Source: an uncultured archaeon (GTDB taxonomy: Archaea > Thermoproteota > Nitrososphaeria > Nitrososphaerales > Gagatemarchaeaceae). From it: DNA of 64,000 bases. Below the pieces are notes generated by a model. It was not told the origin of the DNA. It made no database searches and saw only the letters and a program-made list of their open reading frames with translations. Shown here piece after piece: positions 1 to 9,223 of the stretch (position 1 is its first letter; each line of letters starts with the position of its first letter). The DNA lies in assembly GCA_963817525.1 (NCBI GenBank), contig CAWFOU010000007.1, positions 448,001-512,000 on the forward strand. The letters are read 5' to 3'. Position numbers and translations under genes: made by a program.

Positions 1-1
1 G

Positions 2-151
2 TGGCTTGTAGTCGCGCGCCCTGTTGAAGATGCCCGCCTTCTCTGCCTCGGCCTTCATGCTGGTGTCGAAGACCTTCCCTCCCGGGAACTTCCCCAGGTA
101 GTGGACCGAGATGGTGTCTCCGTTCTGGGCGGTCAGGTTGCTCGCTGACAT
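2..151 (-). CDS. FKBP-type peptidyl-prolyl cis-trans isomerase (SlyD-like), 5' part; runs off the window edge
   Basis: Manual translation from ATG at 151: MSASNLTAQNGDTISVHYLGKFPGGKVFDTSMKAEAEKAGIFNRARDYKP. GD-x-x-x-VHY-x-G...G-x-VFDTS is the archaeal FKBP N-terminus. Confidence 0.85.
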   Translation of the reverse strand, partial: MSASNLTAQNGDTISVHYLGKFPGGKVFDTSMKAEAEKAGIFNRARDYKP

Positions 152-275
152 GGGAGGCGGACGACCCCGGGCCGAGCCTTTAACGATTTTGTTGCCGCAC
201 GAGCTAGGGGGCAGTGGTCCTCTCACAGGCCTTAAAGCGCACCAGAATGGGTTGATCCTCGGAAGTGCCTGAAGA

Positions 276-854
276 ATGAGCTCGCCCGCCAGCCCTCACG
301 TCTCGACGCCCTACTCGAGCGTGGTCAAGCTGCTGCAGCTGTGCGAGCTCGTTCCCGACGACGTCCTCGTCGACCTCGGATCAGGGGAGGGCGCGATACC
401 CGCGCTGGCGGCCCTCGTGTTCGGCGTGAGGAAAGCCGTGGGCGTCGAGCTCGACCCGGCCCTGGTCGGCAGGTCGAGGGAGACGGCGACCGCACTCAGG
501 CTAGGCGCGGACAGGCTGGAGTTCGTCTTGGGTGACATGTTCTCGGTCGATTTGGGGAAGTTCGACGTAGTCACGATCTTTCAGTCGCAGGAGATTATCG
601 GGAGGCTCCTCAGGAAGCTTTTCGCCGAGCTCGGCGACGGAGCCCGCGTCGTCTCGTATCTCCTGCCGTTGGGCACGATGTCCCCGCTGAAGCTGGTGAG
701 GCCGGCGCGGATAGAGTATCCATTCTACCTCTACAAGGCGCCGCTGGAGTACCTCAGCGACGACGAGGCGGTCAGGCTGCTGCGGAAGATGGCCGGGTTC
801 GCGGAGGGGGCCGAGAGGGAGTGGGCCCTGGTGGCTGCCTCAATCCGGGGGTGA
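276..854 (+). CDS. Class I SAM-dependent methyltransferase
   Basis: VDLGSGEG motif I, GVELD motif II, GDMF, GARVVSY. Confidence 0.85.
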   Translation: MSSPASPHVSTPYSSVVKLLQLCELVPDDVLVDLGSGEGAIPALAALVFGVRKAVGVELDPALVGRSRETATALRLGADRLEFVLGDMFSVDLGKFDVVTIFQSQEIIGRLLRKLFAELGDGARVVSYLLPLGTMSPLKLVRPARIEYPFYLYKAPLEYLSDDEAVRLLRKMAGFAEGAEREWALVAASIRG

Positions 855-865
855 CGCCTCCGGCT

Positions 866-1258
866 TCAGGGGTTCTTCTGGAACTTCAAGGACGCAGAGT
901 TGATGCAGTATCGCATGTTTGTGGGGGCGGGCCCATCGTCGAATAGGTGTCCCAGATGGCTACCACAGTTGTTGCAGTTCACTTCCACCCGGTGCATGTC
1001 GTAGCTGTAGTCGTCCTCCTGCTTGACGTTCTCCTTCTTTGCGGCCTGCCAGAAGCTAGGCCAGCCCGTGCCCGACTCGAACTTGGTCGCAGAGTCGAAT
1101 AGCTCGGCGCCGCAGACGACGCACCTGTAGACCCCCTTCTCGTGGTTGTCGACGTACTCTCCTGTGAACGGCATCTCGGTGCCCTTGCTGAAGCAGACGT
1201 CGGCCTGCTCGGGGGTGAGCTTCGCCCTCAGCTTCGCGACTTCCTCTTTCTTCAGCAC
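866..1258 (-). CDS. msrB: Peptide-methionine (R)-S-oxide reductase
   Basis: GTExPFTG, CxxC, KFESGTGWPSF, CxxCGSHLGHLFDDGP, RYCINS. Confidence 0.97.
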   Translation of the reverse strand: MLKKEEVAKLRAKLTPEQADVCFSKGTEMPFTGEYVDNHEKGVYRCVVCGAELFDSATKFESGTGWPSFWQAAKKENVKQEDDYSYDMHRVEVNCNNCGSHLGHLFDDGPAPTNMRYCINSASLKFQKNP

Positions 1259-1412
1259 GAGAATGATTCAACGCCACGGGGGTATAAGCCTTGGGTCAGG
1301 GGGGACGACGGATGCGCCCTCGAAGGCCTCCACAGCAGACTCGTCCATAACAATTTTCCAAATGCAATAAGTATAAGCCACCTACTGCTCCTGAAGGTGA
1401 CTTTCGCCAATC

Positions 1413-1661
1413 TTGAACGACTTACCGCCAGCCAGGAAGGAGGGGCAAGACAATTACGAATACACAGTCACACCGGCCGCCGTCGAGACGTTCACGAATC
1501 TCATGCGCCGAGAGGGCATAATGACCGCGCGGGAGGGCGAACAGATTGTTTTCACCAGCAATAGGCTCTTGGACATGAGGCGATTGAAGAAGGCGGGCAT
1601 CATCAAATCCTACGTCATCGTGAAGCTGGAGCTGAACCGTCAGGTCGTTGAAAAGGATTAG
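1413..1661 (+). CDS. Small hypothetical protein
   Basis: 82-aa ORF with TTG start, downstream of the AT-rich AATAAGTATAA box near 1367-1377. Confidence 0.55.
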   Translation: MNDLPPARKEGQDNYEYTVTPAAVETFTNLMRREGIMTAREGEQIVFTSNRLLDMRRLKKAGIIKSYVIVKLELNRQVVEKD

Positions 1662-1776
1662 AGAGTGTGCGGGTCGGTGTGAATTCGTCGCTCTAACAAA
1701 CTTCTGAAATATGATTAGTAAGTTTTAGCGGTGAGTCGTAAGAACCGCATCGCTATCCAGCCGTGTGTGAGAGGGT

Positions 1777-2190
1777 TTGACGGGCTCTACCATCGGGTTG
1801 CTAGAAGGTTCCCACAGCATGCGGACTCTTATCTTCCTTCATCGTCAGCCAAGTCCTGTCATGACGAAGGACATCATGGAAGCGCTCGGGATAAGGAACT
1901 GGTCAACCGCGACCAGCATGCTGAGGAAGCTCGAGGTTGCAGGGCTAGTGAGCATGGAGGACGCTAAGGTCGGCCGCTACAGATCCGTGGCAAAGCTCTG
2001 GCGCATCGAGCCACAGTTCGGCGCAAAGGTTGCAGCGGCGCTGGAAGAAGCGGAGCGGGGCATCGAAGCGGCCGCAAGGGGAAGGTATCCATCGGCCGGA
2101 CGGCCGGGAATCATCGACGTCGAATCGTCGGGAGAGAGGCTGGTGATAATGGTCGAAAACGCCGTGAAGTCGGCGATTGGGAACGCATAG
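1777..2190 (+). CDS. Winged-helix transcriptional regulator
   Basis: HTH-like segment MTKDIMEALGIRNWSTATSMLRKLEVAGLV followed by a wing. Confidence 0.65.
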   Translation: MTGSTIGLLEGSHSMRTLIFLHRQPSPVMTKDIMEALGIRNWSTATSMLRKLEVAGLVSMEDAKVGRYRSVAKLWRIEPQFGAKVAAALEEAERGIEAAARGRYPSAGRPGIIDVESSGERLVIMVENAVKSAIGNA

Positions 2191-2296
2191 CAGCGGCGCG
2201 GACTTCTACCAGCGATAAGGAGGAAGACACGAGATGAGCTCCTCAATCCTGCCGTCTACCCGCTTCCGAGACTGGGACGACGGGGTCGACCTGAAG

Positions 2297-5200
2297 TCAG
2301 CCTGAAAGATACTTCCTAAGCGTCTCCTCGTTGTTCTCAGCGTGGAAGAAGACAGGGATGTTCTGGGTCGCGGTGGCCTTGAAGCTGGTGATGAGCCAGT
2401 CGCCGTTCGAGAAGGCCAACGTCCTGTCCACGAACGCATCCCCGATGGCGAAGGTGTCCGCGACTAGCTGCCTGTCGTATGGCCTGGGCATGGTCGAGAT
2501 GAAGTAGCTGTGGAGCTGCTGGAGGGCGTTGGTGTTGAGGTGGGCTATCCTCTGGGTGCTCACCCAGCAGAAGAGGTTGTACTTCCTCCCGTGCCTCAGC
2601 AGGCGCTCGACCGCCTTGCTGGACTCGTAGGCGTTGTCGCCCTTCCTCGCGTCCTGCGGGATGAACTCCTGGGCCTCGTCCACGATGAAGAGGACCTTCG
2701 GGGTGAGGCTGAAGCTCTTCTTCCTTTTGCGGAAGACCCTGCTGATGACGTCCGCGGTCTGTGCCCTGGCGTCCTCCGCCTCGGGCAGGTTGATGACGAA
2801 GACCCTTGGCGAGCCCTTCTCGGTGGAGAGGATCTCGTCGGGGAGGGTCTCCCAGGGGGACTTTTCGAGCTCGTCCTCTGGGACGGTGGCCTCGATCACC
2901 TTGGCGAGGGCGTCGAAGGACTTTTTCAGGGAGCTAGTGGCGGGGAGGTCGCCTATCAGCGACTGGATCTGGGTGATCAGCTTCGCGGTCTTGGCGTTGA
3001 ACCTGGTGTCGGCCGAGAACCCCTCGTCGTGCATGAACTGCTTGATCTGGGTGATCACCTGGGGGACGTAGATCTTCTGCTGGACGGCGCCGTACTTGTC
3101 GTTGAGCGTGTTCGTCAGGACCTCAATGAGCCCCCCGTAGGTGGTGAACCTCTCCACCTCCTCCGTCCCCTCCAGGGGGAGCTCGGCGAAGACTATCTTG
3201 CCGTCGTCGAAGAGCCTGGATATCTTCCTCTCGAACTCGGGCTGGAGGTCCGCGAGGGCCTCGGGGCAGACGTGCCGCTTGAAGTACTCGGCCGACTTGT
3301 TCTTCGAGCCGGCGAACGAGTCCGTGAAGAGGACCTTGCTCGGGTACTCGTTGAGGACGTCGAGGATGTGGATGCCATACTCCGAGGAGACGTCGAGTAT
3401 CACGACCTTCAGGTCGGGGATCACCTTGAGCGCCTTCCTGACTACAGTGGAGGTAAGATTGGACTTGCCGCTCCCCGTGTTGTGGCAGAAGACGCCGCCG
3501 AACCCTGCGAGGAAATTCTCTGCGCTGGGGACGGACACATCGTAGACGAACTGCGAGCTGGGGTTCACTTCATCTATCTTTTGCACTTCGTAGAAGCCCA
3601 GGAGCGATTGTTGGAGCGTCTTCACTTGTCGCATGTCATTCGAGGCCTGAAGCAGCTGCGGTGAAGCGTGAATGGTGTCCTGATTCCTAATCAAATACGT
3701 CCCCATCCCGGTCCTGTAAATGCCGTCGTGTCGTGCTTGATCCATGGGCTTCGCTGACGAGCCCTCGTAGGACATTAGTTTGCTCAGCCGAGTCTCCAAC
3801 TCTGAGAGCAGCGGCCCCCGCAATCGAGATCTTTGCTTCTTGACGTGAGATGGATGACTAAGAAGAGAGTAGAGCGAGCGAGGAAGTTCCGACGCAGGGT
3901 AGATGGGTTCTGCCCTTCTCCTGGTGGGGCGAATCACTCCCTTCATTTCTCTGCCTCGCGGGAATGAGAATTGGTATTTACCCCTGTTTCGAATTCGGCG
4001 ACCTTCGAGGAAAGTTGGTTTCGGGGCAATCCAATTCACAGCGCCCGCACAACGATCTAGTAAGAGCGTGTAGAGGAGGTCGTTCGTCAGCCTCCGCGAG
4101 GAACAGCTCGGATAATCGCCTTCTGCCCAGGCCCGGATGAACTCTTGCCTGACTGGCGAGGGTGAGTTAAGAATTAGCCTCGGGACAATTTTTCGTCTCG
4201 CCCCGGTTCCTGTGGATTGCATTAGGAAATGCGCGATGATTTTGTTGTTGAATGCGATTCGCACACCGTTCTCGCCGTGTCGATATTTTCTAATAGTTAT
4301 TCCAAATTTCTTCTTCAGAATCCGTTGTAGTTCATAGATTATCTTTTTGTCCTCTTTGCTGAGCCTGAAGACGGCAGAATATTGCACGCCCTTCTCGATG
4401 ATTGCATTTCCTTCAGCGGCAAAATACCCTAGCAGTCGGGCGATGTCCTTGTCGATTTCCAGAATTGGGCTTATTGTTGTCTTCGCTCCTTTGTAACCGA
4501 GTTTGACTGTCTCCTGCTCGGTTGCGGTCAATCGGTCCCAATATGTGAGAGGAAGCTTCGAGGACTGCCGCCATATGCACCACCTCCAACTCGGGACGCC
4601 GCCGTGCTCTAGCCTGTCAAATGCGGACTTGGGAACATCTGTAATAAAGACGCTCTCTGCAGCTTTTCCTTTGAATAAATCGCGAAGGTTCACGTTCAGA
4701 TTCGAATTGACGTAGTCGGGTATCTCCCTGGTCCCTACGACGAAGTCGCCCCTGACGATCTGAGACGCTGGTAGCGAGACAATCTTTCCTTTGCGGAGGA
4801 CGAAGAGAGAGTGACCCGGAGTGACTGAAACGTTGCGACCCGTCCGAAGCGTGAATTTCAGCAGCTTGTCGTTGTATCGATGCCTGAACACATACTGAAT
4901 TGGAGTCCATCTAACATCGAATGTCTTGGGATCGAATGATACGACTTCGACGGAGCTGGTGTATTTCCTGCCTTCTTCGCCGCGACCCCTGAAGAATGGG
5001 TCCACCAACTTGCCTATCTCGGTGATGTTGACTTGGCCATCTTGCCTGTAGATGATCGGCTCGTTGTAGTCAAGGCTGAAGGCGAAGACACCGCAATGGT
5101 AGTGGATGAGCTTCTCGATGTCCACGGTGAAGGGGATCTTCTCGTCGATGACCCCGAGGAGGTTCCCGAACCGGTAGTCCGCGGGGTCCTCGCCCTTCGG

Positions 5201-5713
5201 CACCCTGTAGCAGATGAGCTTCTCGACCGAGTCGCTGCTCAGGAGCCTGACGGAGCTCCCCGCGAGCGGGGCGTAGGGCTTCCTCTCGAAGGATATCGCG
5301 CCGCCCGCCGTCCTCATGACGTAACCGATGGGGGCGGCGACTATCTCTATCCAGGTGCTCTTGGAGCCCTTCTTCCACTCGCCCTCGATGAGCTCCATGA
5401 ACTCCTTCCGGATGGCGGCGGGCTGTGACCTGTCGAGGTTGGGCTGGGAGTAGTGCATGGGGAAGACGTCAGCGATCTCGTAGATCGAGAAGACGTCATC
5501 GGCCCCGAGGGTCTGGACGTTGGGTATCGCGAGGAGCTGCCCCGTGGCCAGCTTCTTGACCACGTTGGGGATGTAGTCGCACTCGATCACCGCCGTGCTG
5601 AAGGTGACGGTGGCGACTCCGTCCGCGGTCTGCCTCGTGGTGGAGACTATCTCCCTGAGCTTGCCGCTGAACTCCCCTCCGAGGTCGTCGAAGACCGGGG
5701 GCTGTCCGCTCAT
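2297..5713 (-). CDS. herA: HerA/DUF87-family ATPase interrupted by an intein
   Basis: N-terminal HAS-barrel-like region; Walker A HCGVFAF|TGSGKS split by an intein; ILDVSSEY; Walker B FIVDEAQEF; RHGRKY; STQR. Immediately downstream of a NurA-like gene. Confidence 0.88.
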   Translation of the reverse strand: MSGQPPVFDDLGGEFSGKLREIVSTTRQTADGVATVTFSTAVIECDYIPNVVKKLATGQLLAIPNVQTLGADDVFSIYEIADVFPMHYSQPNLDRSQPAAIRKEFMELIEGEWKKGSKSTWIEIVAAPIGYVMRTAGGAISFERKPYAPLAGSSVRLLSSDSVEKLICYRVPKGEDPADYRFGNLLGVIDEKIPFTVDIEKLIHYHCGVFAFSLDYNEPIIYRQDGQVNITEIGKLVDPFFRGRGEEGRKYTSSVEVVSFDPKTFDVRWTPIQYVFRHRYNDKLLKFTLRTGRNVSVTPGHSLFVLRKGKIVSLPASQIVRGDFVVGTREIPDYVNSNLNVNLRDLFKGKAAESVFITDVPKSAFDRLEHGGVPSWRWCIWRQSSKLPLTYWDRLTATEQETVKLGYKGAKTTISPILEIDKDIARLLGYFAAEGNAIIEKGVQYSAVFRLSKEDKKIIYELQRILKKKFGITIRKYRHGENGVRIAFNNKIIAHFLMQSTGTGARRKIVPRLILNSPSPVRQEFIRAWAEGDYPSCSSRRLTNDLLYTLLLDRCAGAVNWIAPKPTFLEGRRIRNRGKYQFSFPRGREMKGVIRPTRRRAEPIYPASELPRSLYSLLSHPSHVKKQRSRLRGPLLSELETRLSKLMSYEGSSAKPMDQARHDGIYRTGMGTYLIRNQDTIHASPQLLQASNDMRQVKTLQQSLLGFYEVQKIDEVNPSSQFVYDVSVPSAENFLAGFGGVFCHNTGSGKSNLTSTVVRKALKVIPDLKVVILDVSSEYGIHILDVLNEYPSKVLFTDSFAGSKNKSAEYFKRHVCPEALADLQPEFERKISRLFDDGKIVFAELPLEGTEEVERFTTYGGLIEVLTNTLNDKYGAVQQKIYVPQVITQIKQFMHDEGFSADTRFNAKTAKLITQIQSLIGDLPATSSLKKSFDALAKVIEATVPEDELEKSPWETLPDEILSTEKGSPRVFVINLPEAEDARAQTADVISRVFRKRKKSFSLTPKVLFIVDEAQEFIPQDARKGDNAYESSKAVERLLRHGRKYNLFCWVSTQRIAHLNTNALQQLHSYFISTMPRPYDRQLVADTFAIGDAFVDRTLAFSNGDWLITSFKATATQNIPVFFHAENNEETLRKYLSG
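3479..5077 (-). mobile_element. Intein (533 aa) with LAGLIDADG-type homing endonuclease
   Basis: Starts SLDYNEP; block B VTPGHSLF; endonuclease motifs LLGYFAAEG and FIRAWAEGD; ends VYDVSVP...GVFCHN followed by Thr. Visibly lower GC than the flanking exteins. Confidence 0.93.
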
Positions 5714-5714
5714 C

Positions 5715-7577
5715 TCAGCCGCCTCCCTTCCTCTTGGACTCCATCTGGCTGCGGTAGTCCCTGAACCTTTGCGAGAAGAGGACCTGCTGGTCGAGCTCTG
5801 ACTTTGCCATCTCTACCTGGACGGCGGCAAGGTAGGCGCTCTTGCTCTGCTTGAGGACGAACTTCGCCTTCTTGTCGGCGAGGAAGAGAGGGTAGTTGTG
5901 GCCGAGGGCCTCGGGGACCACCTCCCCGGACATCTTGAAGAGGAGGGACATCGCCAGGTTGGTCATCGCTGACTCCTCGCGGAGGTTGAGTATGGGGATT
6001 ATCCTCTCGTCTATCTCGTTGTCCCTGTTGTGGACGACGAGCGCGCCCCAGTGGTCGAAGCCCGCGTAGGCTGGCCTGTCGAAGGTGAAGACGTGCGACC
6101 TCACCGCGGGGTCGTTCCTGCTGCTCCACAGCTGCATGTAGGTCTTCACGAACGCCCTCTCTGGGTAGATGACGTTGCGGTGGGCGCCGCGCGCCCTCGC
6201 CTCGCCACTCGGGAGGGTCCCGTCCGGGACGGGCACCATCGTCCTGAACGCGGCGTCGATGTCGACCGTGTGCCAGGGGGTGGGGATGCTCGCGGCGTTC
6301 ACGACGCTGTCGGTCTGCAAGAGCATCTTATCGCTGTTGAAGTTGGGGAAGGGGTGCGCGAAGTCCTCCGCCTTGGAGTCGCGCAGGAGTGGGACGACGG
6401 CCTTGACCAGCTCGGCGGCCGCAGAGTCCTTGGTGAGGCCGATGGGCAGGACCCTCTCCGACCAGGCCCTGCGCGTCAGCTCGAGGACGAAGACAAGGAC
6501 GAGGTAGTCGAGGTCGTCGGCGGTTATCCACCTGTCCACGTGGCGGAGGCCGGCCTTGATCCTCAGGGGGTGCTCGGCCTTCGAGTTGAAGATGTGGTCG
6601 GCGACCGCGAGCGCGGCGCCCACGACCCGCTCCCGGTAGTCCTTGACCCCCGGCTTGAGCTTGAACTTCCTGTCTTCGCCGTCCGCGCCTTGCTCGAAGA
6701 TGTGGTAAGCGAAGTCGAGCTCCCGCAGGTCGTCACTGAGGACCGGGAGGTGGGAGCGGTCAGAGCCGACCTTCTCGAGGATCTGGAGGAGGGTGAGCTC
6801 CGAGCCGTCGAAGAGCGCGGTGACGGCCGCAAGCTTCAGGAGCTGGCTCCTGGGCGAGGGGATCTTGAGGTCTGGGTTGGCCACGAGGAGCCTCGCGAGC
6901 TCCAGGTCGAAGTTCGTAACCGCGCCGAAGGGCGTCTCCATCCCCTCGAGCACGGAGAGGCGGTCCTGGACGAGGTCCCGGGTGCTCCAGACGAGGTGGG
7001 CCACGTCCCCGGCGAGCGGCCTGTCAAGGAGGACGACCTTGAAGCCGCCCCCCGACGAGACGGCCTTGAGCGCGATGTAGTACTCGGCTAGGTGCATCAC
7101 CGCGTTGGGGAGGCGCTCGGACTCCACGTCGACCTCGACCCCCGACTCGGTCCTCTGCCCGAAGACCGTGGCGGCGTCCTCCTCCGAGAGTGGGATCGAA
7201 GCGGAGACCGCGGCCGAGGACTGGTTCATGGGGGAGGGGTCGCCGACCTCTATCTCGTCTGCCTCGAACCTCAAGGTCCCGGAGTAGCCAAAAGCGCCCA
7301 CGTAGAAGACGAGAAGGTCGAGGTGCTGGTCGACCGAGAAGGTCCCGTCGACCGCGACGTATCGCACTTGGTCAGCGCCGAAGAACCTCCTGCCCGTCGA
7401 GCTGGCGGCCTTGTGGTCCACGCCGAAGCGCATGAGCTTCTGGATGTCCGGCCCGGCGGTCGACTTTAGCTCGTCTATCTTGCCCTTGAACGACTTTAGG
7501 AGGAAGCGCGTGGAGCTCCTCACCTCCTGCATGGTCCTCGCCTCGAGCTCGGGGAGGTCTGCTGGTCCTGAGGACAT
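5715..7577 (-). CDS. nurA: NurA-family nuclease (about 620 aa)
   Basis: Likely start ATG 7577 (MSSGPADL). YVAVDGT, VVLLDRPL, GLTKDS and the C-terminal HNYPLFLADKKAK match NurA motifs. Stops 1 nt before the herA start. Confidence 0.78.
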   Translation of the reverse strand: MSSGPADLPELEARTMQEVRSSTRFLLKSFKGKIDELKSTAGPDIQKLMRFGVDHKAASSTGRRFFGADQVRYVAVDGTFSVDQHLDLLVFYVGAFGYSGTLRFEADEIEVGDPSPMNQSSAAVSASIPLSEEDAATVFGQRTESGVEVDVESERLPNAVMHLAEYYIALKAVSSGGGFKVVLLDRPLAGDVAHLVWSTRDLVQDRLSVLEGMETPFGAVTNFDLELARLLVANPDLKIPSPRSQLLKLAAVTALFDGSELTLLQILEKVGSDRSHLPVLSDDLRELDFAYHIFEQGADGEDRKFKLKPGVKDYRERVVGAALAVADHIFNSKAEHPLRIKAGLRHVDRWITADDLDYLVLVFVLELTRRAWSERVLPIGLTKDSAAAELVKAVVPLLRDSKAEDFAHPFPNFNSDKMLLQTDSVVNAASIPTPWHTVDIDAAFRTMVPVPDGTLPSGEARARGAHRNVIYPERAFVKTYMQLWSSRNDPAVRSHVFTFDRPAYAGFDHWGALVVHNRDNEIDERIIPILNLREESAMTNLAMSLLFKMSGEVVPEALGHNYPLFLADKKAKFVLKQSKSAYLAAVQVEMAKSELDQQVLFSQRFRDYRSQMESKRKGGG

Positions 7578-7594
7578 GAGCGGGCTACCCCGGT

Positions 7595-8125
7595 TTAGGC
7601 TTTGGCTCTCTTGCGAGTGACCTTCTTCTTCGTTGCAGCCTTCTTGGCAGCGGCCTTCCTGGGAGCGGCCTTCTTGGATTGGAAGATGAGCTTGAGAAGA
7701 GGCTCGGTTATGCCCATCGCGTCCTTCGTCGAGATTATGCCCACGGGGGTCCCGTCCTTCTCGATGACAGGGAGGTGCCTCACGTTCTCCCTCATCATCC
7801 TCTCCACCGCGGTGAGGACGCTCTCGTTGGGGATGGCCATGATGGACGTCTTCGACATTATGCCGGAGACCGGGACCTGGCGCCCGACCAGCGACTTGGT
7901 CACGGCGAAGATGATGTCGCTGGCAGTGATAATCCCGGCCATCTTCCCCTCCTTGTCGACCACGATGACGCTCCCGATCCTCTTCTCCCACATGACCGAG
8001 GCCGCCTCGTCGATGGTCGTCTCTTCGTTGACGACGATGGGGGGCGCCTCCATGAAGTCCTTGACCTTCGCGCTGAGGTGGTCGGGAGTCTTCGACAAGG
8101 GACTCGGCTGCGGATTCTGCCACAT
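7595..8125 (-). CDS. CBS-pair protein with Lys/Ala-rich C-terminal tail
   Basis: Two CBS repeats (KVKDFM...GSVIVVD...GIITASDI; VSGIM...RHLPVIE...GIISTKD), then KKAAPRKAAAKKAATKKKVTRKRAKA. Confidence 0.9.
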   Translation of the reverse strand: MWQNPQPSPLSKTPDHLSAKVKDFMEAPPIVVNEETTIDEAASVMWEKRIGSVIVVDKEGKMAGIITASDIIFAVTKSLVGRQVPVSGIMSKTSIMAIPNESVLTAVERMMRENVRHLPVIEKDGTPVGIISTKDAMGITEPLLKLIFQSKKAAPRKAAAKKAATKKKVTRKRAKA

Positions 8126-8188
8126 ATAACGCTTAGCGACGATTTTGCGCGACTTAATTAGCCGGTCCGGCCGCTCCCGGGCATCCAG

Positions 8189-8371
8189 ATGCGGTCCCAG
8201 ACCGTCCTAGGCCTCGTGCTCGTGCTGGTGGGCCTCGCGCTGCTCTACGTGCTCCGCGGGGTCTTCATCGACCTCATCGTGCTCGTCCTGGGCTTCGTCG
8301 GGGTGGTCATCGCGCTCGTCCTCATCTTCGGAGGGCTGGCGATGATCTTCTGGTCAGGGCGCCGCTGGTGA
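8189..8371 (+). CDS. Small two-helix membrane protein
   Basis: 60 aa, two hydrophobic segments, host-like codon usage. Confidence 0.7.
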   Translation: MRSQTVLGLVLVLVGLALLYVLRGVFIDLIVLVLGFVGVVIALVLIFGGLAMIFWSGRRW

Positions 8372-8374
8372 GGC

Positions 8375-9223
8375 CTACGTGACCCGCTTCGAGACGTCCA
8401 TCCTGCCAAAATACGTCAGCGCTATCAGGACCGCCGTGACCGCGTAGGCGGTTATCAGGAGGGCCGCGGCTGCGGCCGAGGTCTCCACAGGCGTCGCGAG
8501 AGGGCCGAGCCTGAAGATTATCGATGCCGTGCTGGGGATCTTGGGCTCGGCGAGGAGCAGGGCGAGGGAGTCCACCGGGGACGTGGGGAGGTAGCGGTTG
8601 GCCGTCACGTAGACGCCGCTCCCAGTGAGGTCGTAGAGGAAGTCCAGGATGCCCCCGATTATCTCGCTGGTGAAGAAGACCGAGGCGGCGATGATGTAGG
8701 AGAGGGAAGACCTCCTGATGAGCTCGCCGAACATGAACGCCACCGAGTAGAACACCGAAGCCGCGAAGACCTGCGCGACCACTATCATCGGGAGGATCCC
8801 CAGGTCGACCTGGGGGCCGAAGACGAAGGTGGCCGAGGTCACGGTCAGGGTCGCGTCCAGGACCAGTATCCCGAAGAGGAGGGTGTACCCGCCAAGGTAC
8901 TTGCCGAAGAAGTACTCGTCCCTCGAGACGGGCTTGGAGAGCAGGACCTCGGCGGTCCCCGACTCGTACTCCTCTGACATCGAGCCGGCGGCTATGAGGA
9001 GGGCGGTGAACTGGACGAAGAAGGCCTGCGGCAGGAAGGCCCCGATTATCCACATGTAGGGCTTGAGGGGCGGCGTGATCAGGGAGGTGTGGACCACCTC
9101 GAGGAGGTAGTATGGGGCGGTCCCGATGAGGATTGTCAGGGCGACCAGCGTCAGGACCTTCTTCCTCGCGATCGCGCGCCTAATTTCGTACCTGGCGAAG
9201 GTGAGGATCCTCGAGGGCCTCAA
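8375..9223 (-). CDS. ABC-2 type exporter permease
   Basis: About 6 TM segments; SEEYESGT...LLSKPVSR...GKYLG signature; overlaps the ATPase stop by 4 nt. Confidence 0.88.
   Translation of the reverse strand: MRPSRILTFARYEIRRAIARKKVLTLVALTILIGTAPYYLLEVVHTSLITPPLKPYMWIIGAFLPQAFFVQFTALLIAAGSMSEEYESGTAEVLLSKPVSRDEYFFGKYLGGYTLLFGILVLDATLTVTSATFVFGPQVDLGILPMIVVAQVFAASVFYSVAFMFGELIRRSSLSYIIAASVFFTSEIIGGILDFLYDLTGSGVYVTANRYLPTSPVDSLALLLAEPKIPSTASIIFRLGPLATPVETSAAAAALLITAYAVTAVLIALTYFGRMDVSKRVT

Noticed and set aside
5715-8123. 802-aa ORF as one protein
   Set aside because: The first 182 or so residues are an off-frame shadow of the CBS gene; NurA-like sequence starts at ATG 7577.
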